From: Styela clava
Taxonomy: Eukaryota
DNA length: 64,000 bases
Direction of reading: 5' to 3'
Assembly (NCBI RefSeq): GCF_964204865.1
Contig: NC_135250.1
Location: 4,030,001-4,094,000 of the forward strand
How positions within the stretch are numbered: position 1 is the stretch's first letter; every line of letters starts with the position of its first letter. A program made the position numbers and the translations under genes. Shown in pieces: positions 36,876-49,573 of the stretch. The notes beneath the pieces were generated by a model that saw nothing but the letters and a program-made list of their open reading frames with translations, ran no database searches and had not been told where the DNA came from.

Positions 36876-38273
36876 ATGTTGTTACAAAATAGCCGTCACA
36901 TTCAATCGTACGTGTATTTTCAAAATTCATTTCGCTTCATCAGTGGATACAAGAATAATCCAGAGAATATTCGAATTGATAAACATCCATCCAATGTTAC
37001 AGAAGAAGACTTGGAACGTCAGCGAATCAAACTTGCTATTGCTAGAAAAGCAAAACCAAAGATCTCTGGATTTAACAAGATTACATATATGAGGTTGTTC
37101 AAACAGGCTGAAGGACTAGACCCCAATGCACAATACAGGAACAGGCCTGATCTTCCGACTTACAGAAGCATTAAACGATATTTGGAAACTGCGGAGCGTG
37201 AACGGAGAAAACAAAGAGATGAGGGAGTGTGGTGGAAAACACTGGATTACTGGATAAAAGAACGGGAAGGAATGAATGATAAACTGAATGATATTGGACA
37301 TGAACTGCTGAAAGAAAAAAGGGGTTATAAAATCAGGAGTAAAAATAAAATCGACCCTGAGTTGGAAAAGGCAGCGAGAGAAAGAACTCTAATACTAGAT
37401 TGTGATGAAATTCTTTGTGAATGGGAGAAAAGTAATATAGGGATTCGTCATATTAAAGAAATTGCGCATTACTATAATATTTATAAAGATCTTTTCAAGG
37501 ATTGTGATTTTCATCCTGTTTTACATATGGATGTGGATTACGAATGTGAAAATGAACTTTCAAATCCTGTGTTTTACGGTAACGAGTTGCTGCCAAGTGA
37601 AGTCGCGTCTGCTCCTACGATTACATTTCAACCAAAAGCTGATAAATTGTACACATTGCTCCTGACTAACCCAGATGAGCATTTAGAGGACAATGATAAA
37701 GAATATGTCCACTGGCTTGTTGGGAATATTCCAGAAGGTGATGTGTTGAAAGGAGATACTATAGTTGATTATTTACAACCCATTCCAGCTCGCGGCACGG
37801 GTTATCAACGCATGATTTTCGTACTGTTCGAACAGTCTGACAAAATTGATTTTATTTCAGAACAAAGAGAAGCGCCATGTACATTACTACGAGAACGTGA
37901 TTTTTCAACTTTTGAGTTTTATAATAAACACAGTGCTCAAATAACTCCAGTATCTTTACGATTTTTTCAATGCAAATGGGATTTTACTGTAAAGAACACT
38001 TTTCATCATGTGTTAAAAATGGAAGAACCAGTATATGAATACGAAAAACTCAGCGAAAGGGAGAGACTTAGTGCTCTTACAAATAGACCCGATGGAAAAA
38101 CACTGCAATGGCTTGCAAGGTTTATGCCAAAAGAAATGGTTTATCCCGATGGCAGTCCAGAGGCTGAGAAACTAAAACGGCAAGCTGCCCAAGACGCCTC
38201 TCGTGCAGTTGAAAACCCAAACCATTCTCGGAGGCGCCTTGTTGATCCTGTGTATGTGATGGGCAGAATATGA
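36876..38273 (+). CDS. MRPL38: Mitochondrial ribosomal protein mL38 (PEBP domain), single coding exon, 465 aa
   Basis: ELEKAARERTL, IAHYYNIYKDLF, PVFYGNEL, TLLLTNPDEHL, EYVHWLVGNIP, YLQPIPARGTGYQR, LRERDFSTFEFY, FFQCKWD, MEEPVYEY. Confidence 0.93.
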   Translation: MLLQNSRHIQSYVYFQNSFRFISGYKNNPENIRIDKHPSNVTEEDLERQRIKLAIARKAKPKISGFNKITYMRLFKQAEGLDPNAQYRNRPDLPTYRSIKRYLETAERERRKQRDEGVWWKTLDYWIKEREGMNDKLNDIGHELLKEKRGYKIRSKNKIDPELEKAARERTLILDCDEILCEWEKSNIGIRHIKEIAHYYNIYKDLFKDCDFHPVLHMDVDYECENELSNPVFYGNELLPSEVASAPTITFQPKADKLYTLLLTNPDEHLEDNDKEYVHWLVGNIPEGDVLKGDTIVDYLQPIPARGTGYQRMIFVLFEQSDKIDFISEQREAPCTLLRERDFSTFEFYNKHSAQITPVSLRFFQCKWDFTVKNTFHHVLKMEEPVYEYEKLSERERLSALTNRPDGKTLQWLARFMPKEMVYPDGSPEAEKLKRQAAQDASRAVENPNHSRRRLVDPVYVMGRI

Positions 38274-38512
38274 GACAACCCAGAAGAAAATAGACGATGT
38301 TTAATAATTATAATTAAATAGTTGATATTCAAACGAAGTAATAGTGTTACCACCTGACTGGTATGTTTTATGTATCTCCACTGAGTTGTGAGGGGCAGAA
38401 TATGGGGTAAAAACCCAGGGAAAAAAATACAAATACGATGTTTAATTAATAATCAAATTTCAAGTCTATTCAAACTAAGCAAGTGTTACCACTTGACTGG
38501 TATGTTTTATGT
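38256..38512. repeat. Diverged tandem duplication (about 130 bp) covering the MRPL38 stop codon and proximal 3' UTR
   Basis: GGGCAGAATATG..ACGATGTTTAAT..GTGTTACCACyTGACTGGTATGTTTTATGT occurs at 38256-38373 and 38388-38512. Confidence 0.8.
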
Positions 38513-38860
38513 TGACATAAATTTCCACCAAGTTCAGTATCGTTATGTTCGGAACTCCATAATATTGTAAAGATGGTATCGATATCAATGAAATAGATCA
38601 TTTATGGCTAATGTAACCAATTTGTAAATGTTTACAGTAAAGAAAGATCAACTTAGTTTGGCTGAATATCCACATCTTGCTTATGTTTAAATTTTATTAA
38701 AATACTGTTTATTGAAAAGTGCTGTGTATTATTTTGTAATGCAGAATGTCACATGAAAACTATTGTCTTAGTCAAAATGGCAAGCTGGGAAAAATACAGT
38801 TCAAGCCATTTCTGAATGGAGTGAGTGAACTTTCATTACTCATCGATTTTAATCATGCAT

Positions 38861-38926
38861 GATAGTTTGGCCGAGGCCTTCTATGCAATTAAGGATAGTT
38901 TGGCCGAGGCCTTCTATGCAATTAAG
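38861..38926. repeat. Perfect 33-bp tandem duplication
   Basis: GATAGTTTGGCCGAGGCCTTCTATGCAATTAAG x2. Confidence 0.9.
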
Positions 38927-38965
38927 AAATCAAAAGAGCATACAGTCTAATATTGTTCTTCCTTT

Positions 38966-39178
38966 GGTACTCTCGAAGTGTTTGTACCAGGTTAGGGTTA
39001 GGCCACAATGTTATTCTAATTTTCCCTATTTTAGTTCTATTACGAGTTCAGGGACTGTTTGTGTTAGCCAAGTGAATATACCCCTGCCCATAGGTTTCAG
39101 TCCCTTTACACAACTTGATGTAAACTAGGCGAACAAAATTAGTTACCTACACATTGGTAAACACACTTCTGAAGCGCC
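38966..39178. mobile_element. Merlin-like MITE, asymmetric subfamily
   Basis: GGTAC..GCGCC ends, GGTTAGGGTTAGG core, degenerate TSD CTTCCTTT / CTACCTTC. Confidence 0.7.
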
Positions 39179-40654
39179 CTACCTTCATATGGATTCACAC
39201 TATCACTTCTTTGAAGAAAAAATTTATTATGGTCCTATATATCCAGCTAAAGTAACTGCACTATTTCTACAATACATATAAAATAAAAATGACGGATAAA
39301 AAGAAATGAAGAATAAAGATAGTGTGGTAGTTCACGTACAGTTTATAAAAGTGTTGAAGTTTCAGATCACCTTATTACAGTGTTTTTATCACATGGACTT
39401 TATCATTGTTTAAATGGAAAAGTTTATACCAAGTCGCAACTAGCAAGTAAAAATTTAGTCACAATTTTCCTATTCAGGTTGCAACAAATGAGCTGCATAC
39501 GAATTACGCAAGCAGTTTGAATAAATATAGAGAAGCAAGCAGCTCTGGATTACTATTCAGCATATTCAATTTAACCACTACAAATACAGCCCCAGCTACT
39601 TCCTGTGCTTTTGATTACTGATCCATCACTAAATTGATATACTTTGAAGATTCAATTTACCAATACAATTAAAGTTTGCCAAACCTCTGGCAGCATTTTT
39701 ATATAAATATGGTCCAAGCCAACTAACTTACACGAAAGTGTCTATGTAATAAAATTACAACCAGCCTAATAAGGGCTACACGAAAGTTCTGAAGATATAA
39801 TTTGGAAATGAGGAACAGTGAACTAAATGTTATAAAACTGAAGTCATAAGGTGCAAAGCAAGCAAGGTCACAAAAATAAAATATGGCTAAAATAATAATT
39901 TGACGTAAGCAATACGAAATTGAAGTCATATGGTGAACACAAAACATATGATATGACGACAAACGATATGCCAACCGAACCAATAATATTTGACCACAAT
40001 ACTCAGGAACACACATTGCAATGAGAGAGCATATATAATATTTAGTATCAGTCTGGAGCTGACAAAAGCAACCGACGGCCTGTAGGGCAAATCTGGCCCG
40101 TTACGTAATTCAATCTTGCTCGTCTGATGCTGCCATAACTGAAACCAAATTTTAATGTTATAGCTAAAAGATAGCTCAAGGAATTTGATAAGATTGCAAT
40201 ATAATTTAGTTTTGGCACGAGGCTCATTGTTTCAGACTTTTGCTTTTGTAACACTACGAATAATGTTTATAAAATGTAAATTTTCATGTCACGCTTACAT
40301 GGCCCGTCAGTCTAAGTGGGCAAAATCTTTGGCCCCTGGTACAAAAACCTTGCCCAAGGGACTGTTGGAGATTTTATGAAGGGTTTGTAAATACGAAATA
40401 ATAAGTTCTTCAGTATCAAAATAGGGGCTGGAAAAAATAATACAATTCTAAATTTTACTATAAATACATAGTTCTGTATGATTGGGGTGAATTCTAAGCA
40501 AAAATATTTCATTATTTTTTTTTACAATTGCTAGAGAATATATAACTACATGTACAGTTAGATAATAAAACTATGTGAAATGTGCACAGAAAAATAAACT
40601 TGGCTTCAAGAACAATAAATCATTCCGAGTTCTCATAGATAATCTATGAATGTC

Positions 40655-41920
40655 TTATAAGATAATTTGATTCTTTGTGCATGATTTCAAGTCCTTTCCT
40701 GGAAGTACAATTGCATTTAAAACTACAATTTCCGATTCAACATTCACGTTACCACCAAGGACAGTTATGGAAGGGCTTAGTTTTCCTTCATGGTCGAAGA
40801 GACTACCACTGACTATTTTTGCAAAAGGAGCATTTGGGTCTGGTTGTTGTGCTGTGCCTTCAACTCTGGTCCATTCCCCTATTGTAGATTTCCAACCAAT
40901 GATGCTGTTTAGCACACAGCTATGATTTGACAAATTCACCTCATTAAGAATGATAGAATTTCGAACTCTGACCCCAGCACTGATGCGTACATCAGCACAG
41001 ATTGTGACATTGGGGCCCAGAAGTGCAGTGGGGTCAATCTTAGCCGAAGGGTGAATGAAAACATCCCCGATAATCATCGGGCCTCCTTCCTCACTTTTTG
41101 CGAGCCGATGAGGATGGGTTTTATGATATAACGATAGATACAGCTTGTTGGCATACACTGCGGATGCAGCAGACTTTATTTGGCTCCACATTGAAGTTGT
41201 TTGGTATGCATAAAGCGACCCCAAGTCGGTCAAAGGCATGATGATGTCTTGTTCAAGGCTGAGTGAGAGGGAATCTGAAAATACTCCTTGAGCGTACATT
41301 TCTTCTTGATTTCGTAAAACGGCTTCAGCAAGCATCCCGAATATTTTTGTTGAAAAGAGATACACTCCACAGTTTATTAAAGGACTCACAAATGATTCTG
41401 GTTTTTCAACATAATGTGTAACTTCTTTCGTTTCCTCATTTTCAACCAAGCATCCATAAAACATTGATTCCTTTGAAGGGACGTTAGTTGCTAAAATCGT
41501 CGAGCTGTTCGACGGTGACGCATATTTCAAATGAAATTTGAGCATTTCTGATAACGGAAAATTACAACAAACGTCCGAATTCATGACAAAAATGCCAGAT
41601 GGATTTCCCGCCATAATTTGATCTCTAAAATGATACAATCCACCCCCAGTTCCCATTTGTGAAAATTCTCTCAAATAACGTATACTGATATTGAACTCTT
41701 TACGACAATGATTTATAAAGTTCTTTAGATTTTCATCTTCTGGAAAAAATCCAATCAAAATAATTTCCTGTAGATTTGGAACTGCGACACAGGCCTCAAT
41801 GTGGTGTTGAATCATCGGAACGCCAGCGACTGGAAACAAAGGTTTTGGTTGGTTGAGAGACAAAGGTCGAAAACGAGTTCCTTTGTCCGGCCCACCAATC
41901 AGAATTACTGCTTTCCACAT
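40655..41920 (-). CDS. GMPPA: Mannose-1-phosphate guanylyltransferase regulatory subunit alpha, single coding exon, 421 aa
   Basis: KAVILIGGPDKGTRFRPLS (alpha-type insertion versus the beta-type GGYGTRLRP), GTGGGLYHFRDQI, HYVEKP, WSQIKSAASA, hexapeptide repeats, C-terminus NQIIL. Confidence 0.95.
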   Translation of the reverse strand: MWKAVILIGGPDKGTRFRPLSLNQPKPLFPVAGVPMIQHHIEACVAVPNLQEIILIGFFPEDENLKNFINHCRKEFNISIRYLREFSQMGTGGGLYHFRDQIMAGNPSGIFVMNSDVCCNFPLSEMLKFHLKYASPSNSSTILATNVPSKESMFYGCLVENEETKEVTHYVEKPESFVSPLINCGVYLFSTKIFGMLAEAVLRNQEEMYAQGVFSDSLSLSLEQDIIMPLTDLGSLYAYQTTSMWSQIKSAASAVYANKLYLSLYHKTHPHRLAKSEEGGPMIIGDVFIHPSAKIDPTALLGPNVTICADVRISAGVRVRNSIILNEVNLSNHSCVLNSIIGWKSTIGEWTRVEGTAQQPDPNAPFAKIVSGSLFDHEGKLSPSITVLGGNVNVESEIVVLNAIVLPGKDLKSCTKNQIIL

Positions 41921-43629
41921 ATTGCAAGCTTGTCTGTTTTGGATCTAAAATAAAAGAAATAGAAAGATGAGCATATGACAAGTATTTGTACATTTTTGAA
42001 CAAAATAGTAGTTAGCTTTTCATCATGGAGTCGTGGTCAACTTATACAGTTATAGATACCAAATTCAAAATTTCACAAGATCCAGCCATATCGCTAAGAT
42101 TATGATAGGTGACAAAGTTCAGCAGTTGATTATACTTAAGTAAACTAAGCTCATAAGATTGAAAATATGTAACAACGTAATTCTGCAATGCAGTACTTCA
42201 GGTCTCGGGGATTTGTACCTCATTCAGTCATTTAAAGTTTTCAGTGGCCATTTTTTTAAGTTTTGTTCTATGCTGCTCAGTGTCTGTGTGTTGCATATTT
42301 TTTGCACCATGGCAAGTTCAAAATTAATTATATTATTCTAATTAGCCTAAATTAATTAAGCTCATATGATTATTATATGCCACTTACTCTCATCAAATTA
42401 AAAAAGAACTGAAGAACTGTGTGATCTTGCAAAATAAATGCCCCTTTCAGCTTACTCCACATCTACTGTCAGACTATGTCAATAATTTATATACCGGTAT
42501 ATACCTAGCTTATTTATTATGACTCCGACAAAAAAATTGATGAAAACAAAATAAAACTGATTAGGCCTACAGAATCAAATCAGGAAAACAGCAAAATAAT
42601 TACCTGTTTTCATGAAGTACAAAATATATGTAGTCAAGTTATCTGTCTTGAGTAATGGAGAAACAAGTTCTTCGAAACAAGAAGGATTCAAGATCATGCA
42701 ACCACAGAGAATGATAACTGGATAATGCAACACAGGCGAGAAGTACGGGAACGCGAAGTCTTTCAAAACAGCTGGCGACTGATCAATTACTACTACGGCA
42801 GATGGCAGGCGCGAGTTGGGAACACGTTGACGAGTGGTGGCGGAGTCAATAATAACCATTTCAAAGATCGGAAGCGAGTGATTTTGAATTATTTATAGAG
42901 AAATAACGAAAAAAAAAACTTACTTGATTGGATATAACGGTATTTGAAATATAAACGACGAATACAGTTTTGATCAAATCTTTGAAGTAAATTATTTACA
43001 AGTGTGCTCGCAAAAATGTTGAACTTAGACCATTGAACTAAATTTATCATGATTTATATAGTATATGTATGCCAAACTTTGATCTTGCTGACAAAATTCA
43101 TCACATAAAAACAGTAAACTTTAAGAAAAACCTTTAAAATGTTATCACTAAGCACGTCTTCGCCAATTAATCTATCAGAAATAGAAAAATGAAATACACA
43201 AACAATTGAACTGAGCATCTTCTGTATTGCAATGGATCACAACAACATCATTTATCGCATATTTATATTGCGGGTCTCATTTTACGGTCTACACAAATTA
43301 GGATAGAATTTACATATTAGTAACAAACGAACAAAATATTTAGATTCGCGAGGGTTTAACGGAAACAAACTGCACCAATACAATAGGGGTTAAATTTGAA
43401 AATTCAGCAACAGAAATTCAACTATCTCAACCTTGCATATAATCATTTGGATGTAAATTATTTTCTCGAGTGTCGTGTGTTTCTGTAAGTCTCTTTACTG
43501 TGCTCACAATGAGAGTAAAATCGAGACACTTTTTCCATCAATAATAATATTGAATTTTCCAAACCACTGCCCCAAATACATCAAATTTCCGTATAATCAT
43601 TTGGGAGGTTCTTGTCTACACCCTCTACA

Positions 43630-44016
43630 GGGGTGGTGACTCCACTACGACCCATGGGCCGGGGCCACGGCCCATCTAATTGGGCCACATGGGCCGTGGC
43701 CCATCAAGCTATGGGCCGCGGCCCCGTCAGGAAAAATTCAATTATCTTACCAAAATTTTTCAATTTTTACAAAATTGTCAATATTCGAACCAAAAAATAA
43801 ACTCCTGTAGTATGTGTACCAGGTTAGGGTTAGGGCAAAATTTTGTTCCGATTTTTTTACATTATAGTTCTATTATGAGTTTGGGGACTGTCTGTGTTAG
43901 CCAAGTGAATAGTTCCTTTACACAACTTGATGGGCCGCGGCCCATAGCCTGATGGGCCTAGGCCCAATTTGATGGGCCGTGGCACCGGCCCATGGGCCGA
44001 AGAGGAGTCACCACTT
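43630..44016. mobile_element. GC-rich foldback MITE with GGGCC repeats containing a nested Merlin-like fragment
   Basis: Long inverted ends GTGGTGACTCC..CCCATGGGCCGG / CCGGCCCATGGG..GGAGTCACCAC; TCTACACCCT on both flanks; 43801-43930 matches the asymmetric MITE family. Confidence 0.7.
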
Positions 44017-44219
44017 CCACTCTACACCCTTATTCCGGGCAAAAATGATAAACGGGAACACTTTCATAAAATGATTTGAGTTGCTGTGTTTCCGCACGAT
44101 GCACTCTGTAATAAAGTAGTATGCAAGCAAACCAAGCCTATTGTTTATATTCGCTTCAACAGCGTTTGCGATTCAGTGATGTTACTGCGCGCATTTAGTC
44201 ATAAACAGTGTATAGTTGC

Positions 44220-47200
44220 ATGATGGACTCCGAGTTGCCGTGCATTGTAAGTTTAGAATTTACACTTATTTCAATATCTAGACTAATTATCATATTGTTC
44301 TGGATAGGATAGGAATGTTATAAGTGAATGTTATAAGTAACAGGGTAACTGTGCATTAGGCCTATAGTATTTAAGTCAATTAAGCCTAAACAAATTTTGT
44401 CTTTCTTTTAGTCGTGGCAATATGACATGCGCAGAAAGAAACAAGAAATCATTCCAAATGTATATCTAGGACCATACCAGGCAGCTGCAAAATCTGAGGT
44501 AAAGAGGGTCAGTTTGTTGTCTGTGTTTTATGAAATGTGAAGACCTACTGTTTATGAGGACTTTTTCATAATTTTTATTATAAATGTAGTGGTTTAGCGA
44601 AGGTAAAATAGATCATATTTATTTTGGGATGAGTAGAGTCAACAAGATGGCATAATACGAACCATGGTATGAGAAAAAGTTACCACTTACAGTTATACCT
44701 AACCATTGGTTTCTTCTTTATTATGCTCTCAAGTTAACTCTTGATACAATCAGACAATGCGCCAGACAGAACTGAAACGAAATTGTTTTTTTTTTCAGCT
44801 TGAAAATCTTCGAAATGATGGCATCACTCATATTTTATGTGTTCGGCAAGATGTCGAAGCAAGATGCGTAAAAGTCAACTTTCCAGATATATTCATGTAG
44901 GTACGATTGGTCTAAGAATAATAGCGGGATTCTTGTATTTGTTGAGTGATTATATGTACTGTATTCCTTTAAATAAAAAAACTGTGTGAAAATATTGCCA
45001 GCTTTATTTTGCTTCTGAATATTTTTTTCATTTTCTAACCCAAAATGGCAGTGTGTGAATGGACAGCTGAAATATTTACTTAATATTTGGAGCTGAATTT
45101 GTAACAAGACAAAAAATAAGTGTTTCATTTCCAAAGGAAAACTGTATTAAAGTCCATACACCTGGAAAGATTAACTGTTGTATTATCTATTCACTTCTTA
45201 GTAAGAGAATTTGCTCAAAGCAAGGTTACTCACTCACACTCAGAAGTAAAGACAGAAAGAAGACTAATCACTGAGCAGAGATATGGGCCACTAAAGGGTC
45301 TAAGTTCGGGGACTGTCTGTGTTAGCCAAGTGAATATACCCCCTGCCCATAGGTTTCAGTTCCTTTACACAACTTGATATAAAGCAGACGAACAAAATTA
45401 GTTACCTTCATATTGGTACACATACTTCTGAAGCTCCCCTCAAAATGCCAATAGGTACTGAAACTATATGAAATTATGATGGTGCCTTTTATGCCAGTAA
45501 ATTATGAGACGAGAGTCACAGGCAACCATTTGATTGAGCTAACTTATCTCTCCAGCGTCTTTCCTAGATAGACACATAGATAGGGCTGGACATTTCGAAT
45601 CGAATAGTAAATTATTCGAATCGGTTCAGAGCTAAATTTCAAATCGCCACCATCTTGTTTTTGATCTTTCCACTAATCTTCGAGGTGAATTCCCCATTTT
45701 TTTTCATTGGAGTCATATTTTTTTAACGAAATTCTAACATATGACTATTTTCTTATTGATATAACGTGTTTGTTATTCTGTGTGAACGCTCAGTAATCTA
45801 TCAGAGTGATTTGTTCTATGTCTTCAGTAATTCATAGGTTGAGAGAACCAATTTCTATAATAAAATCGCTTACGATTATATATTTTCAAGTATTCGAGAT
45901 TCAATTCGAAAAAATTATTCGATTCGATTCTGAAATCACAAGGTATTCGAAAATGCCCAGTCCTACTTATAGACTCTTATCATACAATGCAACACATTTT
46001 TCAGATATAAAGTGATAGAGTTCAGGGACCATCCGTGTGAAAGTATCATATCTATATTACCTGAAGCAAGAAATTTTATAAATGAATGTTTGCAATCGAA
46101 AGGAAAGATTCTTATACATGGTGTAAATGGAATGTCAAGAAGGTATTGAACCGATATTTGCATTTTTTATATGACATATTCATATGGCTATCAATTGGTG
46201 TTATGCAAGACTAACTGTGCCCACCCCTGCTCTATGCCTTTGTCAAAGTGGATCTGTATGAGTGTTTATGCTATTTGATTCAAGAGTTTTGCTGCACACT
46301 AAGAGTTTAGATATAAAAGTCATGTCATAGATAACATATTGGAATCTCTCACTAGTTGAAAACAAATCAACAATTTGTAACCATAATTTATGTGCATGCT
46401 TTCGCGTTTCTTATCATGGTTGAAAAATGCTTGTCTGAAGAATTCTGACTCTGGTCAGACGAAACGTTACAGAAATACATCTGTGTTTGTGTGCAGCAGG
46501 GCTCTTGAATTAAATAGTATATTCATATGACTTTTGCTGTGAACAAAGCTCTGAACAAGCAGCCATTGGTAGGTAAGGATTCACACGGTTTGGGAGGATC
46601 AAGATTGTTTCATTTCGACATTTGTGTACCCAATGGAGGATCGAAATAGTTTAACAATCGTATTAACCACCTCACGCAAGGTGTAATCAATTGGGTACAC
46701 ATTATAGTTTTATATACAATGTGGTGGCACTGTGGAATATTGACGTCATATTTCAGAGAGTTTTCATCCTGATCCATGTCTAACACTTAATGACTTGGCC
46801 AGAGTTAAATTCACTCTGATTCAGAACACCTAATCGTAATATGGTTAAAAAGATATGAGATATATACAAATGATATTGACCAACTTGGATAAATAATTTC
46901 AGTGCATCCTTCAATTCAGTCTTATCTCGGGAATTTATTTTTTCAGTGCCTCACTAGTCATCGCTTACATAATGGAAACACGATCAATTTCCTATGAGTA
47001 AGTATTTTTTTGTTTTTTTATCACATGAATCAAAGGACTATGACCAGGTTATGAACTATCTTTGTTATTCAAATTGCCTCATTTTCAATTAGTAGATTTA
47101 CATTAGATTGTTGGATTTGTACTGGTAGCCGGATGAGAGCCATACACTCCTTTATTAAGGTGAAATTTGAAATCCTGTTCAAGTCTTCAAAAAGGGTTAA

Positions 47201-48612
47201 AAGATATTTATAATTTATTCAGTTCCAAATTTACTTAGCATGAAAAAAGGTATTGTGAATATACGGATGGATATCTTATTCAAACTCCTAACAGTTTTAA
47301 AACCTTTTTCATGTAATGTTTTGAACGCATTCTGCTTTAGACAAGGCTCTGTACAAACAGGCATTGCCAGATAGGGATCTACTATGGTTGAAAGATATGA
47401 AATTTTTCCTGATTTGAACGAGAAATTTTTATCTTGTAATGCCAACATAGTAAAGTCCAGCAAGAGCGTAGCAATACGGTTTTCAGTAAATCGTTTAAAA
47501 ATAAATCAAAATGGTCTTGGAAAAGGCATATGAGTTTATATCTTACTGCAAATGACGCAAAATTACATTTAAAACAAAAAATGTTGAACGAAAAAAAATT
47601 TTTTTTTTTGGGGGGAGAACATGGCCCTTTAGGCCTCCTGGCTACACCCGTGCTTCAACCACACAATCATCAAACACTATTATGCAATTTGGGCGTTCAG
47701 CCACATGCCCGTGACACTTACAATATTCCATCAGTACCTATCCTTCTACACTGTTTATATAAATTCATCTAATTTTAAATTACTACCGTAATTCTGACTC
47801 GGCATTCTTATTTTTTTAACCTATTTTATGCTGACTCATGTTTATTTCAATCATAGAGAAGCATTTGAAATTGTTAAAAGAAGAAGGTTTTGTATTGCTC
47901 CTAATTATGGATTCAGATCTCAGCTTCAGGTGAGTTTCTCAATAGTATCTTTTTTAGGTAACAGTTTTAGGTCAGTATGGTCTTGAACATGTATCCCGCC
48001 TCTGTTATACCGTTTAATTATCATGCAGATACTGTTACATTTTTAAAGCAAATAAACACATATATATGCATCTATCTGTCATGTGATTCATGTTGATAAA
48101 TTCTAATGTATAATCCAAACAATGAAAATGGGACATTGGAAAAGAATAAAACTCAAACTGTTAATTGGAAAGTAGAATCTGTCCATATCTTTTGCAAGCC
48201 CAATTCGATTCTGACCAAATCAACTGTCATCCCTATGCAGAAGCAGTGTTGGGGTGGCTTGAGTAGGTTACTCGACTAGAGCCTCCAATTTATCAAAGAC
48301 TTTTATCTAACTGCCCGTGAGACTTTGGTCAATGATTGACTCAACTTTTGTGATCTGTAACTTAACTTGACCTATGAGCTCAGTGACTTACAGTACATAT
48401 TCCACCCAACACTACAAAAATACTGGTGTTTGCATTTATCAGTATATTGAGTGAATAGGTCACATCCCTGAAATAATTCAGTCATTTTAATTTAGGAATA
48501 CGAACCAATATATAAAGCTCGGAATATGAGTAGTCAATGGATGGAAAATACTTCTAATACTGGGAAGAAAAGGAGAGTGTCATCTGAAGAATCAAGTTTT
48601 GAAATGGAATGA
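44220..48612 (+). CDS. STYX: Serine/threonine/tyrosine-interacting protein (catalytically dead dual-specificity phosphatase), 7 exons, about 196 aa
   Basis: Exons 44220-44246, 44412-44498, 44799-44896, 46005-46142, 46947-46997, 47857-47929, 48496-48612 (591 nt, open). Motifs WQYDMRRKKQEIIPNVYLGPY, GITHILCVRQ, signature IHGVNGMSRS (Gly replacing the catalytic Cys), RRFCIAPNYGF, QLQEYEPIY. Not in the ORF track because the exons are short. Confidence 0.92.
45581..45965. mobile_element. hAT-type MITE (TAGGGCTGGGCA family)
   Basis: Full-length homologue of 1467-1846; TSD CACATAGA / CTTATAGA. Confidence 0.8.
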
Positions 48613-49573
48613 ACATTTTGTGAAAAACCCATCGACTGCACCGTTGAATCAATCTTTGAGTTCATGGTCTGTTCCAATCTATTAATCCAGAAAAAGGGCA
48701 CTGATCTAACCCTATTAAATAAATCAGTGTTGCTCCGACGTTTGCAATTAATATGAAATTCATGACTGTGAAATTAAATATTTTTTACAATGTTTACACA
48801 CTCACTTCACTGCAACGACGGCGCTGTGCAAGCAGATATTTGCCGATATGTAAGAACTACTACTTTTGTGTCGCCCACTTTACAATTTGGAATTGCTGAA
48901 CCAATTTGTTTACACTCTGGGTGAGGTCTGGGCATGAGATTTAAACCTGGGATGTGATGTCTGCGATGTCATTCTGCGGCCCGCGGAGAAGTGCCAATTT
49001 TGATTGATGTGTACAGTACGTCCCGCGAAGAGTTTTTAATGTATGTATGTTCGAGTAATTCCAATCCTTTTGACTTGCAAAGCCTATTTATTATCTATGC
49101 CTATGTCGTTGCATTGCCCCAACAGCTAGCCTGTGCGAAAGGAACAATGCATGCACCCAGAGTATTGTGCCTGCATATATTAGAAAGCCTATGTTAAATA
49201 ATGGTGTGGCTCGCGGTTTCACCAAGTTATTTGTATTTGGCCCTCCTGTATTGAAGGTTGCACAGCCCTGCTTTAACCTCTTGTCATCGTTCCAATGTCT
49301 TTGAGGCAAATTAATTTTTCACTCTATCCTGCATAATGACTTGCATCTTTGATTTGTTAATGTGTGCAACCTACCATATTTATACAGCACTGTGAATATA
49401 TTTATAAGCATATCTGCAAAGAGTCTGCTTTTTAGACTTGTTGTAAACTATTGCAAATTACATTTAAATAAATAAATATAAAACCTAATATAAAGTAATC
49501 TATGTTAAACAGAAAAGCCACTTTTTCCATCTTAGAGTATCTGTACTCTTTTACTCTGAATAAGGTCCTAGGC

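Noticed and set aside
46100-46142. Missing catalytic cysteine in the phosphatase gene as a novel loss
   Set aside because: Cys-to-Gly is the defining, well-known feature of STYX.
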